From Antedon mediterranea (lineage: Eukaryota > Animalia > Echinodermata), in NCBI RefSeq assembly GCF_964355755.1, contig NC_092678.1, forward strand, positions 6,402,422 through 6,466,421: 64,000 nucleotides of DNA, in the 5' to 3' direction. Numbering within the stretch: the stretch's first letter is position 1; every line of letters starts with the position of its first letter. Below, in pieces: positions 14,382 to 29,300 of this stretch. Below the pieces are notes generated by a model. That model was given only the letters and a program-made list of their open reading frames with translations, had not been told where the DNA came from and made no database searches. The translations under genes and the position numbers were made by a program.

Positions 14382-17300
14382 GTAAGTACACCTCAATTAT
14401 TCATTTCATCTGTATTTAAAACAAAAATTCTTAAATATCAATAGCTATGATATAACTGAGCAAGGGCAACTAACTCCATCTAAAGCCTTGTTCGCACTGG
14501 GCTTGAACAATTGTAAATTTAACCAAGGTAACTTTATGGCCAAAGGTCATTGGCGAATTTTACCAGTGTGATCGTTGCTTTAGTAGTTAGTGATATAAAG
14601 TAGGCTTAATTATACATTTTGCCACAAACAACAATATTTTACAGAGGTAACCAATCGCTTTAAAAAAGTCCATCATCTATTTTGTCTTGCAAACATTTAA
14701 ATTTAAAATAATCACATGTAGACTACAGTGTTTTATCATAAATTGAAAGTACACTATAATGCGTTGTTTAACATTTGTTAAATTTATTGAAAATGTTGTA
14801 CCATCACGTACTGAATAATGGAATGCATTTTACATTCGACAAAATGCTTTTAATATTTATGGAACGTTTCCTGTAATCTCAACGTTTTTTTTCAAACTTT
14901 TATTTTTTTTGTGCAGAAAGTAGTATTAACTACAATAACAAGTCGGCCAATGTTAAATCCATTTAGTTATTTTAAAAGCCTCCTTTTTCAGACAGTACCT
15001 TAACTCTGGATCATTACATCGTTAAATACAACATTAGTTACATTACTTAGTGGGTGCCATTTGTCTAAAAGCCCTATGGGAGGAAGTGCTATGTCATGCG
15101 TTACGTTAATTATCCATCGATCGTTTCATATCATAATATTTTCATATTGCATATTTATTGCGAGAAAGTATAAACTAGTGATCTGTATTCCTTTCTGCAT
15201 TTCTACTATAGAAAAATATATTTCCTTCAAGTTTCTTCAACATACCAAAATTGTATAAAAAAATTACATACAAAAAATTAAGTCTTTATTATTTGCACAT
15301 TGTCCCCTTCAAATGCATGCGATAGTTACGCACAGGCGCCCTTGCAAACCTTATTAAATGAACGTTTAACCATGACCAGACGACATCAAATTTGGAAAAT
15401 AATAATAGGGATTGCACTATTCGGCCTCTAGACTTTGAAATCAATAGAGCGTAAAAGTCAACTGGGCATGCTCAAAAACCTCATTAAGTAAATTAGTATT
15501 TTTTCTTTTTTCTCTATTTGTAAGATCTCACTATACTACCATAATAATATGCAAATTAAAAATACAGCTCATTTGCATGTTCCATTTGACTTACCTGTAA
15601 AATCACCAATAAACATAGATTTATTCTCACTTTGGCATGCTTATTAATAATGTTATATGGTTTAATTCAATGAGAAATATTTGATAATATTATTAATTAT
15701 ATTCATTTTGTTTCTTTAAAATTGTGTTACTTTAATTGATTTTTTATTTTGCTCTTTTAAATCTCGAGATTTATTTTCTTTTAAAATTAATTTCATTTCT
15801 TTAATTAATTTTCTTTTCCACTTTTCTTTGAACATTCTTTTCTATAGTCACATTGGAAAGACCAGGTAAAATGCTACCGTAGATTTCCTAGACTAATATT
15901 TAAATTTTAATCATTTAAATTAGCAGGCGGTTACGCTACAGAATTGTGTTATTTGTTGACCTAAGCTTCATGTGGTTTTTAATTTTAAAAAGCATGTTAG
16001 ATTTTAGAAAAGGAATAGAAATGTTGTTAAGTATAAAACTGCTTTATCAACGGTTTCCTATAATAATGTTATGAAGAGAAAGAGAACTATAAAATGTTTG
16101 TGTGGAAACAAGGGGCGTTGAAATGAGGGCGTGGAACACCTATTTAGTGTATGATTTTCAATCATAAATTCTAAAGACAAAAGACATTTTTATTTGATAT
16201 TATTAGATGATATTATGAATCTGAAATTGTTTAGTCATTTATGTATGTTTACATTTTACTTTTGTTATTATTTCTGTTATGAAAAAAAAACTTGACGATG
16301 TCCTTTTTTTGGTAAGTAAAAATATTAAGGTTTATTATTTATAAGATTATGATAATGATATTATAATAATGTTGAAAGTTTAACTATATTAGAGGAATGA
16401 GGATACTGATAATAACATACTTACTTGTGATGGGATGCTCTCTAGCTAGCTACATTGTTGTTGCATTATGTACTTTTAGGATATATGTTTTGTGTTTAAA
16501 TCCTTGATTCTCCCACTTTAGCTATAGACTTAACTTTAATTTGAAATTTGCATTTAAAGAATTCATTATAGTTTTTTTTCGCGCTGCTCCTTTCGGCAGT
16601 TATATTCAAGAGTACGGAAGCATTAGGAAACAGTTACCATGCGGTAGCTATAATTTCCTACGGCTGAAAAAAATGGGTATTTGGAAAGTGGGACACCCCA
16701 AAGAGAGTCTATGAAAACATTAGCTGATAAATATTGAGATGCATGTAGATGAGCAGCGTTTTTTGTAAGAAATATTTCTTGTTGATATATATTTTTTCAA
16801 ACCTGCTTCGGGAGAACAATGCATTCATTTTATGATAATAATAAGATAGAGTTCGTGTCTTGCTTTGTGTTTAGTTTTCTAGATAGTTTTCCCCTGTCCC
16901 TAGTAGATTTCAAATTGTAAAATAAAATGTTTTAAAATATTTGTTTAGAGATTGAATGTGGTAGTATACTGCTTCATGTTTGAGTTTGTTTATGTTTGTT
17001 TAAGTTAAAGTTTAATGTCTTCTAATTTTTAATCTGCTTGGTAATTTTGGAACGATGCTATTGGTTAGATTAGATAATGATAATGTCCGGTTTGCTTTTA
17101 AAATATCTGTAAACGACCAGTTAATTAAATGTCACAATAAAGGCCATTCTAACTGCTATTTAAACTACTTATTTTAAGTTTTAAAACTTTACTGGGATAT
17201 TGTTATTGTCCCCTGAATAGAGGTATGAGGAAATTATGTTTTATATTCATATGTTTAAAAAATAAGAGATTTTGCCTTCAAAGAGTGTCCCCAAATAGAG

Positions 17301-20300
17301 GTGTATGTCCCAAAGTAGAGATACAGTAACTACTGTACTATTATTATTAATTAATATCTTGTAAAATCAGTTTGTCTCTGGAACATGAGTCATAAAATGT
17401 GATACATTAATTGTAGCCTCTAAAATGTTATCTAATAATATATAGAAATATTTCAAAAATATAATATGTATTGTTTATGCAACAGGCACACATCTAAAAT
17501 TTAAATGCAGTTAAAAAAGAAAAACAATATTTGTGGAAAGATGTAATATAAATTCAATTTATTTTAGATTTTACATGAATAAAAAAAAAATGGTTATCAT
17601 CAACACTTGACGTCTCTAGAGAGATAATACATGAACTCAATCATCAATGACATACATAGATATATTAAATTGAAGAAAACAAAATGTTGATATAATCAAC
17701 TGGCTGTTTTTATGTATTGTTGGTCTTTAAATGTCAGAGCTATGTCGGCCCAAAGGATTTCATCTAAATTGGTTTTGATGGTAGATTATTTATTTATTTT
17801 ATGTTATTTTACAGTCGCCCCAATCAGTCAAGCACGACTGGAAATTTTACATTTTTAAAGTTCAATTGTAAGAAATCTATTTGCCTTCTTTTTCCCGGAC
17901 GTTGAGAAATATTACTGAACAGGGTTATGCGGGATTTTGTCTGTCCATATTATTGTCTGTTGTGTAATGTTTCTGTTATTTTCTTTAATTCAATTTACTT
18001 AAATGATATTTCCTCTGGTATGCTTGTGGTACACTACAAAATAGGTGATAAGTTCTAATTAAAAATTGTATGCCCTTATGCTACAGACTCTTAAATGATG
18101 ATAATTTGTCGTGTCCCTAATTAAATGTTAACTTTTGTTACAGAAGTCGAGAACCTAAGGTGCTGTGACCTACTGTCTTTAACCCAGCTTATAGGTTTTG
18201 ATGTTTCTGAACCCCAAATTGTCACTTGCCAAGGTTCATGCTTAGGCCCCCTTTGAACTACTGTATACTTGGTCAAACAATAATTTTATTCTTGAGCCGA
18301 TTAAATGGCAGTCAATGATATACAGTAGTACAATACAACACATTAAAGATTTAAAAGCATAGAAAAAAATAGACTCAATTTGAAGGGGAATTTAGTAGTT
18401 ATAAAGTAACCATAGTTGTAGATTATGTAACTTTAATGTCTCGTTCCTACAGTATTGTCCCAATAATGCGTGTTTAATGTGTTTTTTTTAGTCCTAATCT
18501 GATACTAAAATCTAGAATTTGATTGATGTCTGAAACGATTTTGGATGCGAATGGTTTTAATTGCATTTTGAATGCACTAGTATAGTTAGTACAATATAGC
18601 CTGAATTTCAACTTGTATGCTATACTTAATAGTTATTAACAATATTTTTATAACAATTATTGAATGCATTTGATTTTAATGAAGGAATGAATAAATTCAC
18701 AAAATCATTATTTTTATTTATCTTTACTAAAAATATATTAAGTTTGATGATTGATTGGACTTATTGATTACTTTATTATTAGCATTTAATGTTTATTATT
18801 GTATTTAAAATAAAAAACTACTACAGTGGTTTTATAATATAGTTGAGTTGAGTGGGCAGGGGCACTACAAGGCATGGTAACCCCAAAGCTTTTAGATGCC
18901 TTCTCAATATTTCTGGTAGAATGTGAAAATGGGGTAAGATGCGTTGATGCGATTCTACTCTGAAAACATAGCCACGTGTTCAAGGCTCTTCTCTGCCATA
19001 AGATCGGCAAGAGTTTGAGGCTCACTCGCTCCATGGTCTTCTCGGACAAGGACTAACAACTGGAGGTTTAGTGTACACATGTGGCTTGTGTGCACCTTAA
19101 ACAATCATCTTTTGCAAAATTAGAGGTTACCACGGTGTACTGATCAGTGCTGTTTAATAGCATGTATGACATGTTGAATATTGTGTAAATTGTCCACAAT
19201 GTGTGCAATTCAGTCCAAAGACACTGGTTATTCCCACACATTTATTTTTTAAAATATGGATTAATTATGCATTCTGTAGATTAAAAACTACCATACTTTA
19301 GCAAATGTACTATAAACTATGCGACATAATTTAAATACAGTATTGGTTGATACAATAGTGACATACTCCGGTTCCAGGCAGCTATCCCATTGATTCTCTC
19401 AAAAAACTGCCAAGAAAAGTAATAGCTTGCTGCACAATCATAAATGTGTGTTCTTCCAAATTTTTTTTATCTATAAAGCATTAGCATATCATTGATGCCT
19501 TTTCAAGCTAATTTGCATATTTACAGGTGTAGTACAATTTACATTCTAATTGTTACCTTTCTTGTTAACATCCAGGTGATCCACCAGACATCACAGGCTT
19601 AAAAATAGCAAAGGAAGGCTTTGATTTTGACCTTGACGATTCAAGGTCATACGTGTTAGATAGCCGCAACCAACAAGGTGTAATATCAAAGATCTGGTGT
19701 GTGGTAAAAGGACAAGTAAGGTAGGAAACGTGACGGAATATCAAATTTCAAAGAAGGACGGAGCGGGGAGCTATGTGACTATCTGACACAAAAGCACAGC
19801 TCTGATAATACTCCTATTCCATTTCCGAAAAACTTGTGCAGGCAAAATGACTGCAACAGTCAGAATACTGTATTCCCCGCAACACGATACCTACAAAACA
19901 ACACGATAAATTTGGGAACAAAACTTTGATAATTCATTGCTAATGCAATCCTGGTATAATTCCACCCCTATATTTGGCCACATTTTACCCCATCTCCTGA
20001 AACTCATAATGCACAGAAAAAGGCATCTTTATTATTGATTCTCTGTTTACTTGAAACCACCGCCCCCCCCCCCCATTTTTTTTTTTGCACACCCCTATTC
20101 AGGGGACACCCATAATAAGACGACACTTTCCAATAAAATGGATAATGGGTAATATATGTTAAATATGTATAAAACACTATGGCCAACTACTATTCAAGGT
20201 ACACCCTATGGAAACGCAGTCCTGAAGGTGTCTCCTTAATAGGAGTTCTATTGTTTTTAATGGAACAATAACTGAACTATTTTTGTCTACACAGTGAAGT

Positions 20301-23300
20301 AAGTTGGTACTTCAATGAGGATACTGAGTATATACGAGATGGTCGAAAGTACAAAACTGGGAAAGATGATGGTATTGGTTACTATTTACAAATATTGGTT
20401 GTAGATGAGAGTGTGACAGGAAACTATCATTGTGAGGCAGAGAACAGACTGGGCAGAGCAATGTCTCAGTATGTCAACGTAACACAAGCATGTAAGATTA
20501 TAATAATATCAAAGAGTTTATAAACTTGATTGGCTAGAGGGTGGACTCCAATGTCATCACAATTAAAAAACAAAGAGTTTTAACACGGGCAACCCCTATT
20601 CAAAAAGACACCTTTATTATTAAGGGGACACTTCCTTTGAAACAAACATATGAGGAAGTATGTTTAACACTATGGCTAAACTCCTATTCAAGACACACAT
20701 ATTAAGGGGACACTTCCCTATAAAATGACCATGAGAAAGTATATGTTTTAACACTATGGCCAACTCTTTGCAGGGGACACACAGTTATAATGGGGACGTC
20801 TCCTTAATAGATGTTTTACAGTACCTAACTAAATACCTGAGTGAAACTATTATCTTACAGATATTGGCACATACGGTAAGGTTGCTAATCGAAAGGAAGA
20901 TAAACAGTTAAATGAATATTTAATGTTGAACTGCCAACCTCTTCAGTCCAACCCAGATTTAATCATATCATGGAAAGTTGGTGAAGAAACTGTACAGTAC
21001 AATGACCGGCGTCAGATGGATCAGACCGGCAATCTGTATATCTCTAACCTTGTGAACGAAGATGCTGGAACGTATAAGTGCTTTGTAAAGAATCCGGTTC
21101 TTGGACAGACGTTCTATAGCGAGGAAATTTCTATTGGATTTGCCGGTAAGAGCATTATAGCATCTATTCTGCTGAATGTTGATGCCAGAGAGTATATAAA
21201 ATAACACCCTCTATCTAAATATATGGTTTGAGCACGCTAATATAAAGTCTTCCAATATCTAATTTTTGTTGTATAATGTTCCCTGTTTACACTATCAAAC
21301 TAGTTTGACCAAAAAAGTGTGATGTGCCTATTAAATATGGTAGTGATATGCCCAAATATGGTAGTGATATGACATCATCATGTCCATATATGGATTTAAG
21401 ATAATGTAACCTATTTATAACTTCTAACATTGGTTTCTACATCAATATTTACAGAAAATCCAACAGGAGTAGCCGAGCGTAGACCAGTTATTGTCTACCA
21501 ACCACAGGCAACAACAATTGGAATGAGGAAAACAAAGCTTAAAATTCAGTGCATTGCGCAAGGATAGTAAGTTTATATTTATAGGCCATTGTCAATATGT
21601 TTTGGGTTGCGTTCATTTTTTTGGGGGTGGGGAATAGGGGAGGAAATACATCTTTAAAAGTAACCAATCTTTCATCATAATAATTTTATTTGTATTTCGT
21701 CTTATAGTCCAACACCCACAATTAAATGGGAAAAGCTCGGAGGCACCATAAAGCCAAGTGAAACCAATAAACCTATTCTAGAGATATCTGATGTGGATTT
21801 TAGTGACGCTGGGACGTATCGATGCACTGCAGAAAACAGTCAGGGCAGTGCACGTGCCCAGACAGAAGTCGTTGTGCAAGGTAGGTATGCTTTTATAGGC
21901 TTAAACAAAGCCTTCTACCACCGTACGTCCATAGCGGGTCTACACTGAATTTCCTCAACTGGGGAGAAATAATAATAAATTACATTCTAACACACCAGCT
22001 TTTATTCTTGCAATTTAATTTGTTAATTATGCATTACATGTAATTTAGAATTAGCCCTACCTAATGCTGATAATTAAAATGCTCTTATGCACGTTCAGCT
22101 TTTTATAAACATTTTTGCCAGGCGACGTTGTTTGCCGATAGCGTTTGAAAATCAGCATATTGTCTACTTTTTTTTTCCACGTCCAGCCAAGTTGAATGGC
22201 CTAGGTTTCTGGCCTAGTTAGTCAATGATGAATAAATTGAATAAAAGTAAGTGTGTTATAAAACAAATAATATATGTTTTGTATTTGTTGAATGGAGAGA
22301 ATATTTCATTCAATGAAAAATCGACTGCTCTATTTTCAACTCAGCTCCACTTCTTCCTCTCTTTTTTAACTCATGAAATACTCTAGTGGCTATGCTTGTT
22401 ATAAAATTATTTTTTTTTTATAGCGGCACCATATGTAGGTGTTCCAATGGCTGACACTGAATCATACCCACGTGAGACCGCAGTGTTTACTTGTGACCCG
22501 CAGGGCGTACCAGAACCGACCTTTCAATGGATGGTTGATGGAGTCAAACGTAAGTACAGATTTTTTATTTTTAGGCTCATGGATGAACGCATACTAAAAC
22601 ATGTTTTAATTTGAAGTTTGCGGCAGACTAAGAACTGTTGAGTTTATGACGTTTTCATTATGTGCTTTGGTCATCCTCTAGTTTAACAAAAACATTTTTC
22701 TAAACTTTCTATTATTTAAAAGTCGAAGATAGCCAGGTCTCGGGTCCATTCTATTGTCGCCACAGATTGATATCTTCATCAGTACTTCTATGAATGGATG
22801 ATTCGGTGGGAACACGAACGCTAGTTGATCATACCCAGTACCGTTTTGATCGTACGATTAATCGGGAAACCACATCACGACTGATAATACAGGAAGTCCA
22901 GGAAACTAAGGAATTAAAGTTGAGATTGTATGGGACAAAGTGTGAAAGTGAAAATAATATCAATTTTTTGCCATGCAAACCTTCAAACAATATATAATTT
23001 AATTCAGAATGTATCTCTTCAGTTAAAGACTGGTCTCCCAGAGGGCCCAGTTATGATCAGTGGCTGTGTGTGTACAAGTACACCGGGGGTAACCTCCTAC
23101 TCACCTCGAAAGATGTACTAGGTTCTTTAAAGTGCACATGAGCTATGTGTACACTAGACCTATGGTATATAGTCCTTATCCGAGAAGACTCATTCTACCA
23201 CCAGAACCATGGAGCGAGTGAGCCTCAAACTCTTGCCGATGTTATGGCTACGTATTACGGTCCCACTGTCTTAAACGGTTCAGCCACTCACGCAATAGTT

Positions 23301-26300
23301 AATAATTACTTTCTACTTTTGATTAAAACATTATTTTATTATTTATTTCATATGGATGTTGCAGCAAGAGACTTTCATTCTGTCAATGGGAAAACATTAT
23401 CAGTGATAAACATTACTAAAGATGATTCAGCCGTATTTCAGTGCATGATAATGAATGATTACGGAATATACATCGACCAAGCTACGTTCAAGGTTGTCTG
23501 TGAGTATCCATAATCCAGTTTTTTACTAGCGAATTTATTTGTGAAAAAGCGCTATTGTAGTGCATGCATATTGCGACAAATTCTAGTTTGTATTTATTCA
23601 ATCAATATCAACAGGAATGCAGAACAGTTTTGATTTTACGAGCATCCTGTAAATTATCCGCTATTATAAATGCCAATCCTTTTTATAAGCACCCTCTATG
23701 GTTTGGTATATTTTTCAAAATAGTATAGCACCCTTTATTGTTTGGACATGCTTTCATAAAACTGCTCAATATTTTTCCAAGTTGGGAAGTCTGTGTTACT
23801 GTACAACAATTCAAAGTGTATATACATGTTCTCTATACACAAAAGTTAAATATAAACAAAAATAGCTTTTGCTAATGGATGGTTGTCTTTTTGTTTCAAA
23901 GTTGTTCGAGCTGAAATTGTAGAAGGTCCAGCAAGTGTGCGTATGGTAGAGGGAAAGGATGCCAACTTCACCTGCCAGTTCATTGGTAAACCACCTCCAA
24001 CGGTGACATGGAAGTACAAAAACACTAAAGTAAGCTAATTGCACAAATTCTTTACAGTACAACTTACCCCCCCCCCTCCCCTACCCCCATTGGGACATCA
24101 CTATTTAAAACATATTTGATACAAGGTTTGTGTTATATTGATAGCCAGTAAAATTGAATTTGGGCCAATAGAGCAGTTAAAAACAACCTTAAGGATGACC
24201 CCTATATGTCAAGGCTTAAGTGAGATATTCTAATATTTCAGGGAGTATCAATATTCAATCTAACAGCAGACCAGGTAAGGTTCATTCATGTGACATTAAT
24301 GTGTGACATGTGCTGCACTTGCCATGTGTTACATACACGCAGACATACCCAAACACATCATGTGCATGAACTATGACATTGATAATCATGTCTACTATAT
24401 GCTAGACAATTGTCTATCAAATCTGTTTATGCATGGAGAAAATAAATGCAGTATAAATTACTACAGGGAGAAAGGGTAACTAGCTTGGAAAGTACAATTA
24501 AAACATGATTGTTATTTTGCAACAAGACGCATGCATGCTATGCTATACAGTAGAGCCTCTTTTGGGACACTGCTATTCAGGGGATGTTATCATGTGAAAT
24601 GAACAAGAGACAATATATGCTTTGACACTACAGCCAACCCCTATTGAGGGGACACCCTTATTAAGGAAACACTTTGGTGGGTCCTGAAGGTGTCCCTTAA
24701 TAGGGGTTCTATTGTGTTAGTAAGTCATCTACTTGTAAGGTATAAAGGGTGAGCTTACACAAAAGCACATTATAAAAATCGATAAGTTATGTTACTTGTT
24801 AGTCTCCCGATTGCATGAAAATGTTGAGGTGATGCAAGGATGAGAAGAACGGTACATGGGCGCCATTTGTGTAGGTCATGAATATTCTTATACTACTACT
24901 TAAAATTAGTGTGTCCCAATTGGGACACCTCTATTCATAAGACACCTCTATTATGGAGATACTTTCTTGTGAAATAAGGGAAAAATATGTTTTGATACTA
25001 GCATAGTAGTATTTTCATGAATATTCTTGGGCTAAATAACCTTGGAAGGGAGGAGTTGGCATGTTTAAAAAATGTGTCTTATATTTTGCGTAACTGGTAT
25101 AGGTTGTATTAAAAATAAAAAATAAAAAATTGCTTAAATCACATATTTTATAGTACAATTGAAACCCATGTTAAGGAGACACCTTTGGAACCCAACAAAG
25201 TGTTGTAGGATTGTTGGCCATAGTGTGAAAGCATACATTTTTGCCTTTTAGATAATAGGGATGTCCCCTGAATAGGCGTGTCTTAAGGGAGGGCTAAGCA
25301 GTAACTGTAGTAGGATGTTTCTTTACCCATGTTGGTCACGATAGCTCCCTATGATCGCTTCTACCCCTAATGATCGCCTCTACCCCTCTATGATCGCCTC
25401 AACCCCCTATGATCGCCTCAACCCCTCTATGATCGCCTCAACCCCCCTTTGATTGCCTCAACCCCCCTTTGATCGCCTCTACTCCCCTATGATCGCCTCT
25501 ACTCCCCTATGATCGCCTCTACACCTCTATCATCCCCTCTACTCCTCTATCATCCCCTCTACTCCCCTATGATCGCCCCTACACCTCTAGCATCCCCTCT
25601 ACTCCTCTATCATCCCCTATGATTGCCTCAACCCCCTATGATCACCTCAACCCCTCTATGATCGCCTCAACCCCCCTATGATCGCCTCAACCCCCCTTTG
25701 ATCGCCTCTACTCCCCTATGATCGCCTCTACTCCCCTATGATCGCCTCTACACCTCTATCATCCCCTCTACTCCTCTATCATCCCCTCTACTCCCCTATG
25801 ATTGCCTATGATCGCCTCTACACCTCTATCATCCCCTCTACTCCTCTATCATCCCCTCTACTCCCCTATGATCGCCCCTACACCTCTATCATCCCCTCTA
25901 CTCCTCTATCATCCCCTATGATCGCCTCAACCCCCCTATGATTGCCTTAACCCCCCTATTCCCCTATGATCACCGATTACCCTTGGCTAAATTTGCCATC
26001 ATGGAGATATTTAACACAGTAGCATATGAATATCTGTGTTATCCCATAGAGGTTTGTCAACCTAATAAGCAATTAACCAAGTCTACATCATACTAGGTAT
26101 TCGTCCATATGGCTTCTGCTTACAGTATTTTCCATTGGGACATTGTTTCATGATTGGCTAATAACAGTGTTTTATTTATATATAATACCCCAACATGATA
26201 TATACACTGTCATATACTGAAGGAATGTATTCATTTCAGTCTAACAATATACATAAACTAAAATGTATTTATTAATAATTTCCTGCCCTTTCATGATATT

Positions 26301-29300
26301 GAGAGTAATTAAAATATTTAAAAATAATGTTCATGTTTGAATGGAACTTATTTAATAATACAGTAGTAAATAATCGTATTGTAAATATAAAGGAATCCCT
26401 TTAGTTTAAAAACTGTTTATTAAAATGGTTTCAAAGTGGTTACATTTTCTCAAAGTAAATCCCTGGATTTTGGTCCAAAAGTACGCCTATAGACTTAACT
26501 GAATGTAAGGGAATATGTTACACTATACTAGCAAAGGTACCCTCTCCAGACTGGTTAACTCACTCTGGGACGGTTTTAAAATCTAGTTTTAAAAACAGTA
26601 CAATTCTCTTCATTTTTATACCTACCCACTCCCTTGGGTGGTTCAATTGTATTTTTTAAAACTTTCCCAATTCAATTTTGATAATTTTGACACCCCATAC
26701 CACCAACCTCACCCCGTGGGTGGACATGGTTCAATTGTAATTTTCAAAACTTTCCCAATTCAATTTTGATAATTTTGACACCCCATACCACAAACCTCAC
26801 CCCGTGGGTGGACATGGTTCAATTGTAATTTTTAAAACTTTCCCAATTCAATTTTGATAATTTTGACACCCCATACCACCAACCTCACCCCATGGGTGGA
26901 CATGGTTCAATTGTAATTTTTAAAACTTTCCCAATTCAATTTTGATAATTTTGAGACCCCATACCACCAACCTCACCCCGTGGGTGGACATGGTTCAATT
27001 ATAATTTTTAAAACTTTCCCAATTCAATTTTGATAATTTTGACACCCCATACCACCAACCTCACCCAGTGGGTGGACATGGTTCAATTGTATTTTTTAAA
27101 ACTTTCCCAATTCAATTTTGATAATTTTGAGACCCCATACCACCAACCTCACCCCGTGGGTGGACATGGTTCAATTGTATTTTTTAAAACTTTCCCAATT
27201 CAATTTTGATAATTTTGACACCCCATACCACCAACCTCACCCCGTGGGTGGACATGGTTCAATTGTATTTTTTAAAACTTTCCCAATTCAATTTTGATAA
27301 TTTTGACACCCCATACCACCAACCTCACCCAGTGGGTGGACATGGTTCAATTGTAATTTTAACTACAATAAGTACAATTCCAGTCATTTTGTACCCTTTT
27401 ATTTCTTTGTAAATTCAGATTGTACCTGATACTAAATATTCTATTATAACTGGTGATGAAAACAGTATGCTGACTGTTCGTACGGTGTCAATAAAGGACG
27501 ACGCCGGAGAATACTCATGTTACGTTGAAAACGATTTCGGAAACGATGATGTAATGGGTTCCCTGACTGTTCTCCGTAAGTTTCTTTCACTTTGTTAATC
27601 AATGTAAAGCTCTGTCTACACTATCCAACTAATTTGATATAGTGATATGCCCATATATAGTGGTGATATGACATCATCATGTCCATATATGGGCATATAA
27701 AATTTTTTGATATAAAGTTTGATAGTGTAGACAGAGCTTTAGACAATAAATGTAATGCACTTGGCTTTAAATCATTTTTTTTTCAACAGAGAACACCGTT
27801 ATTATACAACCCCCATCACCTAGTAATGTAGAAGAAGGTAATTCTGTAACGTTGAACTGTCGAGCTAACGCATACAGTGATGCACCATTAGTGTACACGT
27901 GGGAAGACGACGAAGGTGTAGAGGTAGCTCAGGGTAATAGTTTCATCCTGACAAATGCGGCAATAGCCAACACCGGAGCGTATACTTGCATTGCATCTAC
28001 TGATCTGGATGAGGATAAAGCAACAGCACGCATCACCGTTCTAGGTTTGTGTTTAAATTAAGATAAATTAGGACCTCTATTAAGGGGACACATTTGGGAC
28101 TTAGGTAAAGTATACCCTTAATATGGATGTCCCCTGATTAGGAGTTGGTCATAGTGATAAACATCTACTCCTTGTTTGTTTCATGGAAAAGTCTCACTTA
28201 ATGGGAGTTTCCCCTTAATAAGAGTGTCCCTTTAATAGAGGTGCCTCCTAATATAGGTGTCGCTTTAAAAGAGTTGTCTTTTTAATAGAGGTTCGAGTAT
28301 TTGAGGTTCAAGTATTCATTTCAATAATAGTAGGAAGTCCTCTAAATAGGGGTGTTCCAAAGTTAATTCATATTTATTTGTAATTGTCAACAGCAAGACC
28401 TGGTCCCTTGACAAGCGTAGATGCCGTTTTGGACACAAGAAACGAAAATAAGGCGAACCTTGAATGGGAGGCCGGTCCTTACCACAACTCACCAATCACT
28501 GGATTCATCATTCAAGCTAGGACAGCATTCGATAGCGAGTGGACGGAGGTCAAGAGACCAGAGAGTAACTACCTAACTGCAAAGGTGGATGTCAATCCTG
28601 GAAATACATACAGCTTTCGCATGGCTGCTGTAAACGACATTGGCACGTCAGATTTTGTCGATGCTAGCAGTACGGTTGATACTCCGTCTGGTCCACCACG
28701 AACAAACCCTCAGAACGTTGCTGGGAGTGGACAGTCAACAGATACCATGACAATAACATGGGATGTAAGTGTACACCAACCTACTAGTATACTCATTTAC
28801 AACAAGGGGTCACGTTTTGAACCCAACAAGTGTCCATTTAATAAGATATATATTAAAATTCCTCTTGTTCTTTTAACGGAAATTTCCTTTTACTGGCCGT
28901 GTACCCTAAATAGTGGTGTCCCAAGGGAGAGATTCTGAAACTCGTATGATAAATTATAAAATAAGTTATCCATCCTGTAATTTGCTGTTGGATGCGTTTG
29001 AAATATAAAAATATAAATTTCTAAAAAATAATAATCTAATAGCATAATTTTCATGTAAATTTATTAATAGTACTTTGTAGTATAATATTATGTTCCATTC
29101 TTCATTAGCAAATGGACCAATCGCAGCATGGTGCTAGTGGATTCAAGTACATTGTGATGTGGCGTCGAACAGGACAAGATGATTGGATGAATGTCACCAT
29201 CGACGACTATACAACAACAGAATACAGTGTAGATGGCGCTACAACTTACGAGTCATTTGACATCAAGGTCATAGCAGTGAATGATCAAGGGAAAGGACCG

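Noticed and set aside
17815-17867. Possible cassette exon (ttttacag...gtaag) in the L1 gene
   Set aside because: 53 nt, not frame-preserving, and contains an in-frame TAA
22794-22997. Ig-like ORF (YRFDRT...SRLIIQEV...KCESEN) as a mutually exclusive Ig4 exon
   Set aside because: In frame from the AG at 22824, but there is no polypyrimidine tract, no donor and no DxGxYxC motif; better acceptors upstream hit stop codons
26634-27361. CRISPR-like regular array
   Set aside because: Units are contiguous and near-identical with no unique spacers, there are no cas genes, and the context is a eukaryotic intron
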